DNA of 63,983 nucleotides, filler included, from Olpidium bornovanus S191 (taxonomy: Eukaryota > Fungi > Olpidiomycota): NCBI GenBank assembly GCA_017911155.1. It is 27 parts of 27 records of this genome, joined end to end, with 100 filler letters (N's around TTAATTAATTAA, not from the genome) between each part and the next. Parts side by side here need not be neighbours in the genome. Positions count along the whole stretch, not along the records: positions 31,657 to 35,439 come from JAEFCI010010471.1; positions 35,540 to 37,436 come from JAEFCI010010769.1; positions 37,537 to 40,349 come from JAEFCI010006348.1; positions 40,450 to 43,356 come from JAEFCI010009992.1; positions 43,457 to 44,620 come from JAEFCI010008641.1; positions 44,721 to 45,804 come from JAEFCI010001405.1; positions 45,905 to 49,265 come from JAEFCI010007355.1; 20 more parts are not named here. One strand, 5' to 3'. The position numbers were made by a program, and so were the translations under genes. Within the stretch, counting starts at the first letter, position 1; each line of letters starts with the position of its first letter. The notes under the pieces were generated by a model. That model was given only the letters and a program-made list of their open reading frames with translations, had not been told where the DNA came from and made no database searches. Positions 31,703 through 46,206 of the stretch are shown in pieces.

Positions 31703-34700
31703 GCGGAATTCTCACAGTTACCGACGACCTGCTCAAAAACGACAGCGAGAAGTTCCTAGAAATGATGGAACGGCTGGCGGAGCGGCGCGTCCATCGGGAC
31801 GACGAGATTGCTATGGAGCTGGAAGCCCTCGCCGCCGGCGGCAACGGCAACGGAGGCTACGATGGCGAGTACGACGAAGGGGATGACGAGGAGGACGATG
31901 AGGAGTATGAAGAGGATGAGGACGAGGTACTGACCCTTCCCCCCCTGTTTCTCGCGATTGTTTTACGGCGGTCCGTTTTGACGATCGGAAACGGGAGCTT
32001 GACGCCAAAGTTTCATTTGCCGAACGTAGGATTCGATGACCGAGGAACAACGGCTGGAAGAGGGGCGAAGAATGTTCCAGATATTCGCGGCGCGAATGTT
32101 TGAGCAGCGGGTCCTCACCGCGTACCGCGAGAAGGTACGGCCCTAACTTCGCGTTTTGTTACGCCGTGCTGAATTGGGAAGCGTGGACGCGTCGTTTTGT
32201 CGAAGCGAGACAGTCAGCGTTTGCGACGCCAATCCGTACGGGGTTCCTTTCCTTCTTCCTCTTTTTTTTTTGTGGACCCAAGGGCGCCCAAGAGCGGCAG
32301 CAGCGGCTTTTGGACGAACTCGAAGAGGAAAACCGACTCAAGCTGTACCGCGACGAGCTGAAACTGAAGCAAAAGGAAAAGAAGAAGGACAAGAAGAGGT
32401 GGGGGAGGTGTGGGGTGGGGGGGGGGAGTGGTGGGACCGCGTACACCGCATCCGATTCTCCCTGGCTATGATTTTTGGCGCGTAACACAGTTACTAAGCC
32501 GCAATCGAAACATCAAAAAGGGCTCTGCGGCAGCAAAAGGAGGAGGAGAGGTTAGCAAAGGAAAGCGCGAGGCAGGCCGAAGAAGCGACGATTCGGGCTG
32601 CAAAGGAGCGGAAAGCCGAGTTGGAACGGAAACGAAGAGAGGAGGAGCGGCTGCAAGCCGAGAAGGACCGGCAGCGCAAGGAGGAGGAGAGGATGCGCAA
32701 AGAGGAGGAGAAGCGGCGCAAGGCGCGAGAACGGGAAGAGAGGGAGCGGAAGGAGCGCGAGGAGCGGGAAGAGCGGCAGCGGCGGGGGAAGAAGGCCCAG
32801 GAGGGGAGCGAGGAGCGCGAGAAGAACCGCAAGGCGCAGAAAGAGCGCAAGAGGCGGGAAAGGGAGCGGGAGCAGCGGGAGAAGGAGCAGGAGCAGCGGG
32901 AGAAGGAGCGGGAACAGTGGCACAGGGAGCAGGAGCAACGGGAGGCGGACCGCGGGCAGCGAGAAAAGGAGGCCGCGGAATCCGCGGACTTCCATCCCGT
33001 TGTGGTCCGTTCGGAAAGAAGAAGATCCCTTGCGAACGAGCGGCAGCAGAACTTGGCCTCGCAACAGCAGCAGCAGCAGCAGCAGCAGCACCCGCCCCAA
33101 GCGCCAGCGCACCAGCAACAACATCACCCGCCTCCGCACTCCGGCCAACAAGCGCCGCGCGTCCAGCACCCTCTTCCGCCACCACCGCCGCCGCACCTCC
33201 GCGCCACGCCCACCCAGCACCGTCAGGCGGCCCACCCGACCCTGTCCGCGGCCGCCAAGCCGCCAAGCGGCGCGCCGGACCGCGAACAGAACCAGAACAG
33301 CGCTGCTCCGCTCCCGAACCCGCGCCCCACGCCGCCGAGCTTCGGGACGTCGTTTTTCGCGCACCCGGCGGTTCCCGCGGACGCCGCTACCGGGCGACTC
33401 CTCGGATCGAGCCACAGGCCTTCTGGTCACTCGATACCAGCCCAGCCGTCAAAGCCCGTCGTGGCTGCGCCGCCGCAGGCCGTCGGCAGCAGACCTATTC
33501 CGGGACTCCCTGCCGCCGCGTCGCAGAGCTTGTTTTCCACGCCGTTGGACGGCACCGCCTCCAGGAGCCAGCCGCAGTCAGTCGTGCCGCCGCCCGCGGC
33601 GAGCGCCACCGCGGCCGGCCCGGGCAGGCGGGGCTTTGGCGGCCTACCGATCGGCGCTCCGGTTTCCGGGAGCGCCCCGGCTCAAGGAAAAGCGGCGGGG
33701 CGTCCGAAGTCACCCTCACCCACGCGGGGGCTCTCCCTCGGCGGCGGCAAAGGCCTCGGCGTGAACGTTATCGCGGAGGCGCAGCCGGTTTCGCCGACCC
33801 GGCTGGAGACGAGACGCAACTCACGCGGACCGGGTCTGTCCGCGAAAGCCGTGTCCAGGCCTGCTCCGATCGCGCGGCCCCGGGGCGGGCCGGCGGGAAC
33901 CGTCGAGCGGGCCAGTTCTTCGCCGCCCGAGGGCGCGCCCCCGCCGGGCGGCAGCTCCAGCGTGCCGAGCAGCCCGCCGCACGGGGGCCTCCTGAGCGTG
34001 GACGCCAAGTCGTCGCCGCCCGTGCCGCCCGGGTTCGCTCTCGGGCAGGCGGCGGCGGACGGGTCGCGGATGGAGTCCCTGTTCGGCGGCGGCGGGCTCA
34101 TATCCGGCGACCTCTCCTCCGTCCTCGGCCGGCCTTCGCAACCGCCCGCTTTCGGCGCGATCGGTTCGCTCGGCGTTTCCGCCGCCGAAGCCGGACTCCA
34201 GGCCCACACGAAACCCCGGTCGATGTTCTCCTCTTTGTTCGGCAGCCCTCCGCTGGGGCCCGCGCCTCAGGCGGCGGTGGCGGCCCACACGCTGTTCCCA
34301 TCGCAGCTGCACCCGCCCAGCGCCGCGGCGGAACAGCCTCACGTCCCGCTCCACGGCATTCCGCCGCCGCCGGCGCAGTCCCCGCCGTTTCCGTCGTTCC
34401 TACAGCAGCAGCAGCAGCAGCAGCCGCACCTGCACCACCAGCTCGGCGGCGTCCCGGCGTCGCACGGCCGGGCGCAGCAGGCGCAGCAGCAGCAGCAGCC
34501 CGCGAGCAGCGTCTGCACCGCCGGCCAGGGCCCGCTCGGAGGCGCGTCGCCCTTCGCGGCGGCGACGGCCGCGCTGTGGGGCACCGGGGCGGAGAGCGTC
34601 CGGACCTTGGGGATCCCGGGGGCGGGGCCGGGCGACGGCCTGGGCCTCGGCGGAGGCGGCGACGTGTTCGGGGGCCCGTTCGCGGCGGTGGCGGCGGCGG

Positions 34701-34897
34701 GAGGGTACGGGCTCGGCCTCGCCGTCGGGGCGGGGCCGGACGGGCCCGGCGGGGCTTCTTCGCAGGCGCAGCAGCAGCCGCACCACCAACACCACCACCA
34801 CCCCCACCACCCCCACCACCACCACCACCACCACCCGCAGCAGCGGCAGCCGCGAGGGGTGGCGGCGGAGAACCAGGCGCCCGCCGTGCCCGGCGCT

Positions 34898-34928
<31 letters not shown>

Positions 34929-35041
34929 TGCAGCCGGGACCGCCGCCGGTGCCGCCGCCCGGCGCGTTTTTTCCGATCGGCGTCGGCGGCGGCGAGGATT
35001 GGAGCCGAGGGGTGTACGGCGGCGCCGGCGGGGTCGGTTAG
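31703..35041 (+). CDS. NST1: Stress response protein NST1-like, 5' truncated
   Basis: [28 protein letters not shown] / [35 protein letters not shown] / [15 protein letters not shown] are NST1 signatures. They are followed by an E/R/K coiled coil and a long Q/P/G/H-rich tail ending in TAG at 35041. Confidence 0.92.
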
Positions 35042-35291
35042 CGGCGGCGGCGGCGCGCAGCCGGAAAGGTAGTCACCGAGCGAGTCCCCCGAACCCTTGC
35101 CCTCTCTTCCTCCTCCCCCCTTCCCTTCCCTTCCTTCCCTCCCCCTCCTGGAAACAAAGTGCTTTTTCTATCTCTCTCTCGGTTTTTCCACCCATTCCCG
35201 TTTTTTGGCGTTTTTTTTTGGTCGGGAGGCAAGGAGAGGGCAGGGAAGGCAGGGGGTGTGGGGGTTATCCTTTTTTCATTTTTTGTTTTTT

Positions 35292-35330
<39 letters not shown>

Positions 35331-35795
35331 GCGGGGGGGGCAGACAAATGCTCGAGCTCGGGGCGGAAAGCCCGCTTGCTTACCCGGTCCTCAGCTTGGA
35401 ATTTGCCGAAGACACGGACGAGCTTATTGCAGGTGGCATNNNNNNNNNNNNNNNNNNNNNNNNNNNNNNNNNNNNNNNNNNNNTTAATTAATTAANNNNN
35501 NNNNNNNNNNNNNNNNNNNNNNNNNNNNNNNNNNNNNNNAGTACAGCCAAAAACGCCTTTAAAAAAAACGCATCATTCCCAGAATCTTGGTTTTCGCTTC
35601 ACCTTTATCCTGTCTGACGTTTTTACCACTGGCAGGTTCTGACGGAGGTAAAATTACATGAACATCTGTTTGTGCCCTAACAGGCATGTCTTTCACTTTT
35701 TATACAGGTCCCTCTATATGGTCATGAACATAGTTATGAGCAGTGTAGATTTCACTTTCATTGGTGCAGCTGTCAAACGTCAATTCCGAAACGGG

Positions 35796-36143
35796 CGGAC
35801 CGCAACAACACCTCCCGCAGGCTGCAAACGGGGCTTCAGCGCCGTTGGCACGCCCTGTCGCCGCCCGGCGGCATCACCCCGTTCCCTTTCCTGGGTTTTG
35901 TTGTGGTGGGGCGCCGGTCCCGCATCTTCCGCTCGCGCGGGGAGGAAAGGCGGCCGCTTTATGCCGAACGGGCTTCAGATCCGCCCCGGACCCCCAACCC
36001 CACCACCACACTCCCCCTTCCGTTTTTCACGACGCCAGGGCTTCTGTTCCTGTTTCGTCGGCAAGCTCGGACCGCAACAACATCTCCCGCAGGCTGCAAA
36101 CCGGCTTCAGCGCCGTCGGCGCGCCCTGTCGCCGCCCGGCGGC
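35796..36143. repeat. ~77-bp dispersed direct repeat (35796-35872 and 36068-36143)
   Basis: CGGACCGCAACAACA(C/T)CTCCCGCAGGCTGCAAAC(GG/C)GGCTTCAGCGCCGT(T/C)GGC(A/G)CGCCCTGTCGCCGCCCGGCGGC occurs twice, 272 nt apart. Confidence 0.88.
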
Positions 36144-37435
36144 GTCCGGTCCGAGGACGGACGCAACGATATCGTCGACGGCCGCCGCGAACGCGGGCCC
36201 GGCCGCCCCTCGCTCCCCGCCGCCGCCTTCCCGCTCGACGACAATCCGCCGGACCATCCCCTCCGCCGCGCGCAGCTTGCGCCAGTACGCCGAGGCCGGG
36301 ACCACAGGCCGGCCGCGGAGACCGGCCGCCTCCTTGCCGTCGGCGTCGGCGTCGTCGTCGTCAAAGAGCATGCCCAGTCGTCGGCACAGCGACTCTGAAA
36401 CTTCGTACGCCAGCGCGGCATCCGTGGAGCGCGTTGTCAGGTTAATGTGAAAGCTCCCGGGTGGCGACGAGTCTGGGGCTGGTCCGGAGTGCCGTTCGTT
36501 CCCCCCCAGAAACGGTCGCGTCAGATGGCGTTCGGTTCCAGGATAAAATTGAAACGTAACTTCAGAACAAACACAATTGAACGGCGGCAAAAGGGGAAAG
36601 AGCGCGGCAGTTTTCCTCACGTTCGCGGACGGTGATTACAATTTCCTCCGGACCGCGGTAGCTGCGGAACGCGACCTGATCAGACGACAGCACGTTTTTG
36701 TGCAAGTCAGATCTGCAGAATGGGTAAGGGTTGGACGTTTGCGGCCGAGAAACGTGGGCGGGAATTGCCCAAAAAAAAAAAACAAACGAAATAAAGGGAA
36801 CGAATGAAAATTCGTGGGGGACCGCAATCAGACGGCTTTTAGACAACGGTTTCGCCGTTCCCCGCGCAAGTGTGGAACGCGAAGGATCGCTAACGCGGGC
36901 GCGGGAGATTGGGGGGAAATCGAAAGTCGTGGGAAGCGACTCACGCGCCAGGGTCCGGAGGATCCGGAGGGCGGTCGAGCGGCGCCAGGAGGAGGGCCAA
37001 ACAGCCCGCACGAAAAATTCCAGCCTCGCCGCCGTCTTCCGACGAGAGGGCAGCCCACTCTGGGACTGTGACCCTGTTAGTGACCGTTTCGACTGCGGCA
37101 CGCGCGCCCGGGGCGAGCCCCGTTGCTTTCCTCAGGGAGCTGGCCTTGCGGGAAAAAACGAAGGAGCGGGCAAACTGTCTGCTTAAACGTCGTCCAGACG
37201 ACCGCGCGTGTGGAAACTCGGCGATTCGCGACCGTTGAACACAACTAAACGCCGGAGACGTTTCCCGCAGGAAAGAAAAGCGAAAAGACAAACGGAACGG
37301 GATCCATCCCGTTCCCCACGAACCAACCGTTATTTCCCGGCCCAGCTTTTCCAGCTCTGCTCTCGACGACAGAAAGTCGAAGCCCGGGGGTATCATCCGC
37401 GGGACCAATTCCCGCCGTCCCGCGGAATACGCCAT
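36027..37435 (-). CDS. Hypothetical spliced protein (unrecognised), exon structure uncertain
   Basis: Protein-like segments MIPPGFDFLSSRAELEKLGREIT, DLHKNVLSSDQVAFRSYRGPEEIVITVRE and SFHINLTTRSTDAALAYEVSESLCRRLGML...AYWRKLRAAEGMVRRIVVE, with plausible GT/AG sites between them. Confidence 0.45.
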
Positions 37436-38522
37436 GNNNNNNNNNNNNNNNNNNNNNNNNNNNNNNNNNNNNNNNNNNNNTTAATTAATTAANNNNNNNN
37501 NNNNNNNNNNNNNNNNNNNNNNNNNNNNNNNNNNNNAACCGCGGTGACGGACTCCGATTGGGAAACTTTAGGTGGCGTTTTCTAAGAAGCGACATTCCTC
37601 TAATCCGTCCGTGCTTCTGTCGCGGAACGCCACTGGGCTCACAGTTTGCACCGCATGAGGACATCCTGCCCATTTTTGTGCAGATCCGGAAACCCCGACG
37701 GGGTTTGGCAGTGGAAGACCCCGGCGGGGCCGGAAATCGCGCGGTGCATACGCGCATCTATCCTGCGGAGAAAACGCCGGTTGCAACACCCATCTTGTGC
37801 ACGTTTCAGGCTTCCAGTTTGTTTCTCTTGCGCCTGTCGGTCGATTTTGATCGACGACAAACGCGGCAGCCCCTCCCCCCCGCCTCCCTCCCCCCATCCA
37901 AGACGTCCTGCGCTTCCTACTGCCGGGTAGACGACCGGGTAACGTCAAAACTATGTGGCCACGGAGAATCCGCCGGCGCTGGCAGCTGACGGCACGATCC
38001 CCAAATTTTTCGGTGGGAGTTTTTATTGGATTTTTTTGGGGTGTTTTCGGTTTTTTTTATTATGAATTTTCCTTTTTCCGATTTTTTTTGGGCACTTCTT
38101 TTTCATTTTTGGTTTGTCCTTCCCTAGCCCGAACAAGCGTCCCTGGAGTATCTTCCGGTCGCAGAATGCTAGGACTGAACTTTTTTACTCTTTCTTTTTT
38201 TGCAGCGAGATGTCATCGTCTTGATATGCGGCTGCAGTCATTGCTTCGCGTACGGGCGACAGCGCTGGCGTAAGCTCAACTCGAGGCTTTACCCGACGTT
38301 GAACGAATTCCTCGTTGGCATTTCTCTAACGCTGTTGCAAAAGCTAATGTTTTCTAGGTATGCTGCGTAAAACATTGATACATTGTCGCCCGGCCTCACG
38401 ACGACTTGGAGTCCTGGCCCCATTACCTCTCGCTTGATTAAAAATGACGTGCACTCGGACGACGACAACGGGCACGCTCTATGCGCTGTAAGGATATAAA
38501 ATAAACCGGGTAGCTGCCGCGT

Positions 38523-40349
38523 TCACTTCTGCCGCCGTTTCTTTAAAGGGGTATTGCTGTCCTCCACGTAGAACGCCTCCACGGAAAGGCCGAAAACCGT
38601 CAGCAGGTGTATCCAGACCATCTGCTGCTGGGAGAAGCGGTCCTTGTCGGACTGATTGGCACAACACCGTGAGCTGGAAAAAAAAGGAATTTCCCCGTTT
38701 CTTCTTCCACCACGACCTGACAGAAATAAGTGAACCCTTTTTTGCACTGTACCTTGACTTCGACAATCTTGAGCTCTCTGGTTTCGGGCTTCCACAGACT
38801 GCGATATGTTGTGTCCCGGGCCACGGGACGGCGGTGCACGCTCATGTTATTTGTGGGTTCGCGGCAGGCACGTGGAGACGTAGTACGCCGAGGAGAATTC
38901 AGTGCAGCCTGGCCAGCATGCGCCTGTTTGTTACCATAGATCAGGCACGCCGGACGAGTAAGCCCAGTACGTCCTGGCGAACAAACCGCATATTTTTGCG
39001 AGCGCCGGACCGCCGATTCCCTTGGGGACGTAAACAATTGTAAACACGGAGTGTTTTCTCGCGGCCAACCCGCAGCGCCTTGCGCCTAGGAGGGGAGCCC
39101 GACCCACCTCAGCAATGTCGATGAGGTCCTCCCTCCCGTATTTCCACGTGACGCCGACGCAAAGGGTGCCCTTCTCGCGCTCCCGCTCGTCAACGCGCCG
39201 GATTAGCGTCTCGATATCGCTCGCCCTCCCGTCCCCCTGCTTTGCACTATGTTCGATCTCCGCCAATCTCGTTTCAATGACCTCACGTCGGGACTCGTAA
39301 AAAAACTCGGTTCGCATATCGAGTGGGCAGGCTACGAGGGGACAATGCCCGGAAGTTGCGCGACCGGCGTGAGATTTTATGCGCCGCGTGCCTAACGTGC
39401 GCCATGCAACTCAGGCCTACTCTGGAATTCGGAGGCAAATACGCCTGGGATGTTGTCCATGTATATGATGTCCCAGAAGAGAAGCCCATACTGTCGTACA
39501 AAGAAGTCAGTCAGAGCAGAATTTTTTATTTGATCAGCCGCCTGTAAGAGACCCCTCATACCAACGTCGATAGGATGCTTGTCTCGGAGTGGAACCCTTT
39601 CCAGCCACGCGCGGCGTAAAATTCAAGGGCAAGCTCCTCGACTCCAATTGTTCGCCCATCTTCCAGAAGGTATTCGCACTTCATGCCAACATTTGGCACA
39701 CCTGGTTTTTTGACCTTGTTTGCTAAAGGGAGATTTCAAAAAAGGCCAGTAGAATAAAGAGGCCGGCTTGAACTACGTTATTAACTTCATCGCAGAGCCA
39801 AACTGCTACAATACCATATATCCGGACGCAGGTTCCCTTCTGCCAGCCGGGAAAGTGGAGGGTGCTGGTAGCTTTTCGGAGCCGCGAACGCAAACGCAAG
39901 AGGCGAGTCTCGATAGCTTTTCGGTGCCCTGCGCCCCCTCGAGTTAGTGAACGGGACGACGTCGGACAGCACACGCACACCGAGAAGTGCATACCAGTTT
40001 CCACCCATTTGTCTTCCAGCGCCGACATGCAGATAGACCAGGCAGTCTCGAGAGCTTCGGTATTCTCCTTTTCCCGTCGACCTTTGTACGTTATGCCGAA
40101 GTGGTGGTGATATATTACTGCCAATCTATCCCACCAGGAACCTCGAGCAGCTTTCCCAAACGTAAACCCCCGAACACATTAGCTGCCGCTGGCGTAACAA
40201 ATCGCGAAATCGTATCAGCACAAATTTACATGGTCTGAACAGCTGTTGGCTCAACAGTCTTCGAAGAAAAGGCCACACGTCACTCAGATACCGGTCTTCA
40301 AAACAGAAAAGCGCCTTCGCAATTCTGCACGGTGCTTAGGTATTTACTT
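38523..40349 (-). CDS. FAN1: Fanconi-associated nuclease 1 (VRR-NUC domain), 5' truncated
   Basis: Exons give RGSWWDRLAVIYHHH, GVEELALEFYAARGWKGFHSETSILSTL / YGLLFWDIIYMDNIPGVFASEFQ / TCPLDMRTEFFYESRREVIETRLAEI, GGPALAKICGLFARTYWAYSSGVPDL, WKPETRELKIVEVK and DRFSQQQMVWIHLL. The PD...EVK nuclease motif is present. Confidence 0.92.
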
Positions 40350-40956
40350 NNNNNNNNNNNNNNNNNNNNNNNNNNNNNNNNNNNNNNNNNNNNTTAATTA
40401 ATTAANNNNNNNNNNNNNNNNNNNNNNNNNNNNNNNNNNNNNNNNNNNNGATCGGCATTTGTCGGGCGCGGTATGACGTCGTGTGCAGACACTCTCAATT
40501 TGTCCGTCCCTGTGGTAAATCACAAATTTTGTAATAACAATACTTTTATCATATACGAATATTAGCATGTGAGCTGCATAAACTAAATATATGTTAGTAT
40601 ATTCCAATACGTCAACGTCTTCAATGAAAAGATTGTCTCGCCGGATAAAACCAGTAATTCCAGAACTCGACGCCCACGCCTGCGATGCCACCCCTTACCT
40701 CGCCGCCCACGCGATCATCGGTAATACCTAAATGTCACACATATGACCCCGCACACCCCCATTGCAACCAGTCACTAATCCCTTGGCATTCCACTATCCA
40801 CCTGTATTTTCTCCTTTCTTTTTTTTTTGTCGTGTAGCTAACGGCTATGAAAGATTCGCGATACGTGGCCTGGAAAACCGTGCAATGCCCAGTAGCCAAG
40901 GAGGACGGAAAATGTCTACATACAACAGCGGACTCGCTTCAAAGCAGCTTGCTCAT

Positions 40957-43083
<2,127 letters not shown>

Positions 43084-43456
43084 GTCTCAGCGCGGGCTTC
43101 TGCCTTTTTGGTTGCTTTCTGAGAGGGAGCGGCGGTGGGATGGAGCGTGCGAGAGAGAGGGCAGGGCGCTGTGAGGATTTTTTCCCTTTTTTTCGCGTGT
43201 TTTTTTGTCCCCGAGTTTTGTGTGAGGGAGGAGGAGGGAAGGGCGGGGGAGGGGAGGAAGGGTGTGGTATTTATTCGCTGGGGAGGAGGAACCTGGAAGG
43301 GGGGGGGGGGGGGGGGGGGAGGGGGGCCCCCCCCCCCCCCCCGCCCCCCCCCCCCCNNNNNNNNNNNNNNNNNNNNNNNNNNNNNNNNNNNNNNNNNNNN
43401 TTAATTAATTAANNNNNNNNNNNNNNNNNNNNNNNNNNNNNNNNNNNNNNNNNNNN

Positions 43457-43700
43457 CGCAATTTTCGGTTGCTTTGCTGATAAAGACACGTTTCAGGTTC
43501 TCAATGTCTCTGAACGGAAACGAGGTTAATGCTGCTAGGTTATCCTTGATAATTCTCTTGTTATTTACCTTACATGCTTCCTGCAAGAGATTACCATCCT
43601 TTTTAATTAAATCCTTCCGGTGTCGAGGAATATAAACCCTCCCTCAAGGGGTGGCCATCACCTTACCATCGCCTTCACAAAAGCACACTCACAAGAGGAG
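43457..43700 (-). mobile_element. Possible decayed retroelement pol fragment
   Basis: AT-rich, stop-interrupted frame EGDGKVMATP*GRVYIPRHRKDLIKK...; GR(V/I)Y(I/V)P recalls the segment preceding the gypsy integrase zinc finger. Weak. Confidence 0.25.
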
Positions 43701-44127
43701 GGGGTGATGTTGATATAGCCCGGTATTCCCCCCCTTGTTGGTCCAAACCTACCAGTGAAATGCACTCCAGGTGTCAAAGGGCTCCTCGTCGTGGGGTGCC
43801 TTTGGTCACCCTTCTCGGAAGAGGCAGAAAGTTACAGAAGTGTTGCGATTCGCTCTCTTCTTCCCGTCTTCTCCTTCTCTTTGCTGTTGCGGCCGAAGGG
43901 GAGGAAGCCGGATACGCCACCTCCTCTTGGCAGTAGGACGTTGACGGTCACGTGACCCGTAAAGCGCATCGTTCGGTTCACAGCAAAAAGGCGGAGGAGT
44001 CTTCCACCTTTTTTAGGACCGCCGGCCGCCCGCGAACTTCGAGCCGATCCCGGTCGACCCTTGGCTACGTCTCCTGTCCGCCGGACGTCACCACGGCCAC
44101 GGCCACGCACGCCGCGACGCGTCTCCC

Positions 44128-44490
44128 ATGACTTTCCCTTGCGCCGCCCGCCTCGCCGGCGCGTTCGCCGCCGTCGCCGCCGCCGTCGCCGCCGCCGTCG
44201 TCGTCGTCGTCCTCCCCGGACGCAGCGCCGCCCTTGCCGCGCCGAACGGCGACCCCTGCGCGCCGCTACCCGTGGCCATGACCAACCGGGAGTTCGAAGA
44301 AGCCTCGGAGCTGCCCGTTCCCCTTGACTGCAGCGAGGTGACCGAGTTGGCCGAGTACGCGCGCCCCGTCGTCGCCACATCCGAACGGAAGATACTGGTC
44401 GCCGCCAGCGGTGCACCGGACGCCAGAGCAATTTTCCGCAAAGTCGTCGAGTGCCCGGTTTGCCATGGCTGCATGCACTACAACAAGGTG
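44128..44490 (+). CDS. N-terminal exon of a putative secreted protein (unrecognised), 3' truncated
   Basis: ATG at 44128, signal-like MTFPCAARLAGAFAAVAAAVAAAVVVVVLPGRSAALA, then GC3-rich codons to ...FRKVVECPVCHGCMHYNK and a likely GT donor. Confidence 0.55.
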
Positions 44491-44535
44491 TAAGTTCACA
44501 GGCGGCGGTCGTTATTTGTCCGTTTTCTCTCCTCC

Positions 44536-44585
<50 letters not shown>

Positions 44586-45044
44586 CGGGGGGGCCCCCCC
44601 CCCCCCCCCTTTTTCCCTCCNNNNNNNNNNNNNNNNNNNNNNNNNNNNNNNNNNNNNNNNNNNNTTAATTAATTAANNNNNNNNNNNNNNNNNNNNNNNN
44701 NNNNNNNNNNNNNNNNNNNNCCTTCTTTCCTCCACGCCGGGCTTGCGACCTCCTTTATCATACTTTTGTACTGCGGCATCCTCTTATACCGCGGGAGGAT
44801 TGCCGCCCAGGAAACGGGCGTCACGTTGGTGTTCGGACATGAGCCTGTTTCTTGCGCAAACACAAAAGATACAAACCCTTCGGCAGCACCCACGGCGCGT
44901 CCACCTGCATCGCTTTAAGGAACGCGTAACGCCGTTCGCTGCGCTCTTCGGGGTCTGCTGACACGTCCTCGACGTCCTACAAAATGAGTGTTGGGATTTT
45001 GCATCGTTTAGTACAATTCACCGCTCCCCTAAGCAGTTTCTTTC

Positions 45045-45640
45045 TCAAAGGCAATCTATCTTCCGCCGTACCATTGGATTGATGGACTCGATTTCGTGAA
45101 CCGTCACCAGCTCCGTCGGCGGTGCAAACTTGACACCGCTCGAGAGCCGTCGGGCCCGCGGCGCCGCAGGGTCGCTCTCCCCAATTCTCTTTAGAATGCT
45201 TCGTCCGCCCGCCGTTTCCGGGCTGCTGGAAAGGGAGGGGGTGGCGGCAGCCGCCACTTCGGCCTCCGTGGCCCTGCGGACGTTCATAAAAGCTCTGCTG
45301 TCGGCGACCGCCGACGAGGTCGGCGCAGCGGAGACACCGCTTTCGAATTCACCCACGGCAGGGGAGGCTATCGGCCTATACGACAACGAAAAAAAAAAAG
45401 TTAGGCCGACCAGTCGTTAAACCGAGAACTAAAACTACACGAGCGCTGCTTTGAATGCAAAGTCTGGGCGTACTCGGCAACTTCCAGATCGGAAAGGTCC
45501 ATAAACCCACCCGACTCGTTGGGCTTCGGCTTTTTGCGTGAGAACGAGTCGTCGGCGACGTTTCGACGGACGAGATCCGAGCGTTTGCGGGCATCCGCCG
45601 CTCTAAAATACCAACCAGCAGACCGAGCGGTAGGGGGCAA
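45045..45640 (-). CDS. Hypothetical spliced protein with SILK and GVKF (PP1-docking-like) motifs
   Basis: Exons ...FMDLSDLEVAEYAQTLHSKQR / ...GRSILKRIGESDPAAPRARRLSSGVKFAPPTELVTVHEIESINP. No family recognised. Confidence 0.45.
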
Positions 45641-45698
45641 AAAGAAAAAAGAAAAAAAGAAAAAAAGAAAAAACGAAAAAAAGAAAAATGAAAAAAAG

Positions 45699-45804
<106 letters not shown>

Positions 45805-46170
45805 NNNNNNNNNNNNNNNNNNNNNNNNNNNNNNNNNNNNNNNNNNNNTTAATTAATTAANNNNNNNNNNNNNNNNNNNNNNNNNNNNNNNNNNNNNNNN
45901 NNNNCATGTTACACGGGCAGTGTGGGTTTTCCACGTTTCACGCTACACGGCACCAGGAGGAGGGGGGGGGAGCCGTTCGGGCGAGCGCAATCACCGCGCA
46001 GCCAACGAAGTGCGTTGACGTGCACTCGTTGCACCGCTGCGCGACCGACGCGGTTCTTGCCGGCCGCGCGAACTCCCCCCCCCCCTCCCCTCCCCTTATA
46101 TTGCCTTTCGGGCGAGCAGCCGCGGTCGCGGAACACTCGCGATCCTCAAGGGGCGAAGAAGAGGTCGCGC

Positions 46171-46206
<36 letters not shown>

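Noticed and set aside
32410-35487. 1025-aa alternative-frame ORF and antisense ORFs over NST1
   Set aside because: Shadow ORFs of GC-rich, low-complexity coding DNA. The NST1 motifs are in the 32621-35041 frame.
43308-43356. G-run/C-run palindromes (also 31252-31287 and 44538-44610) as hairpin elements
   Set aside because: They are low-complexity sequence at contig ends and most likely assembly noise.
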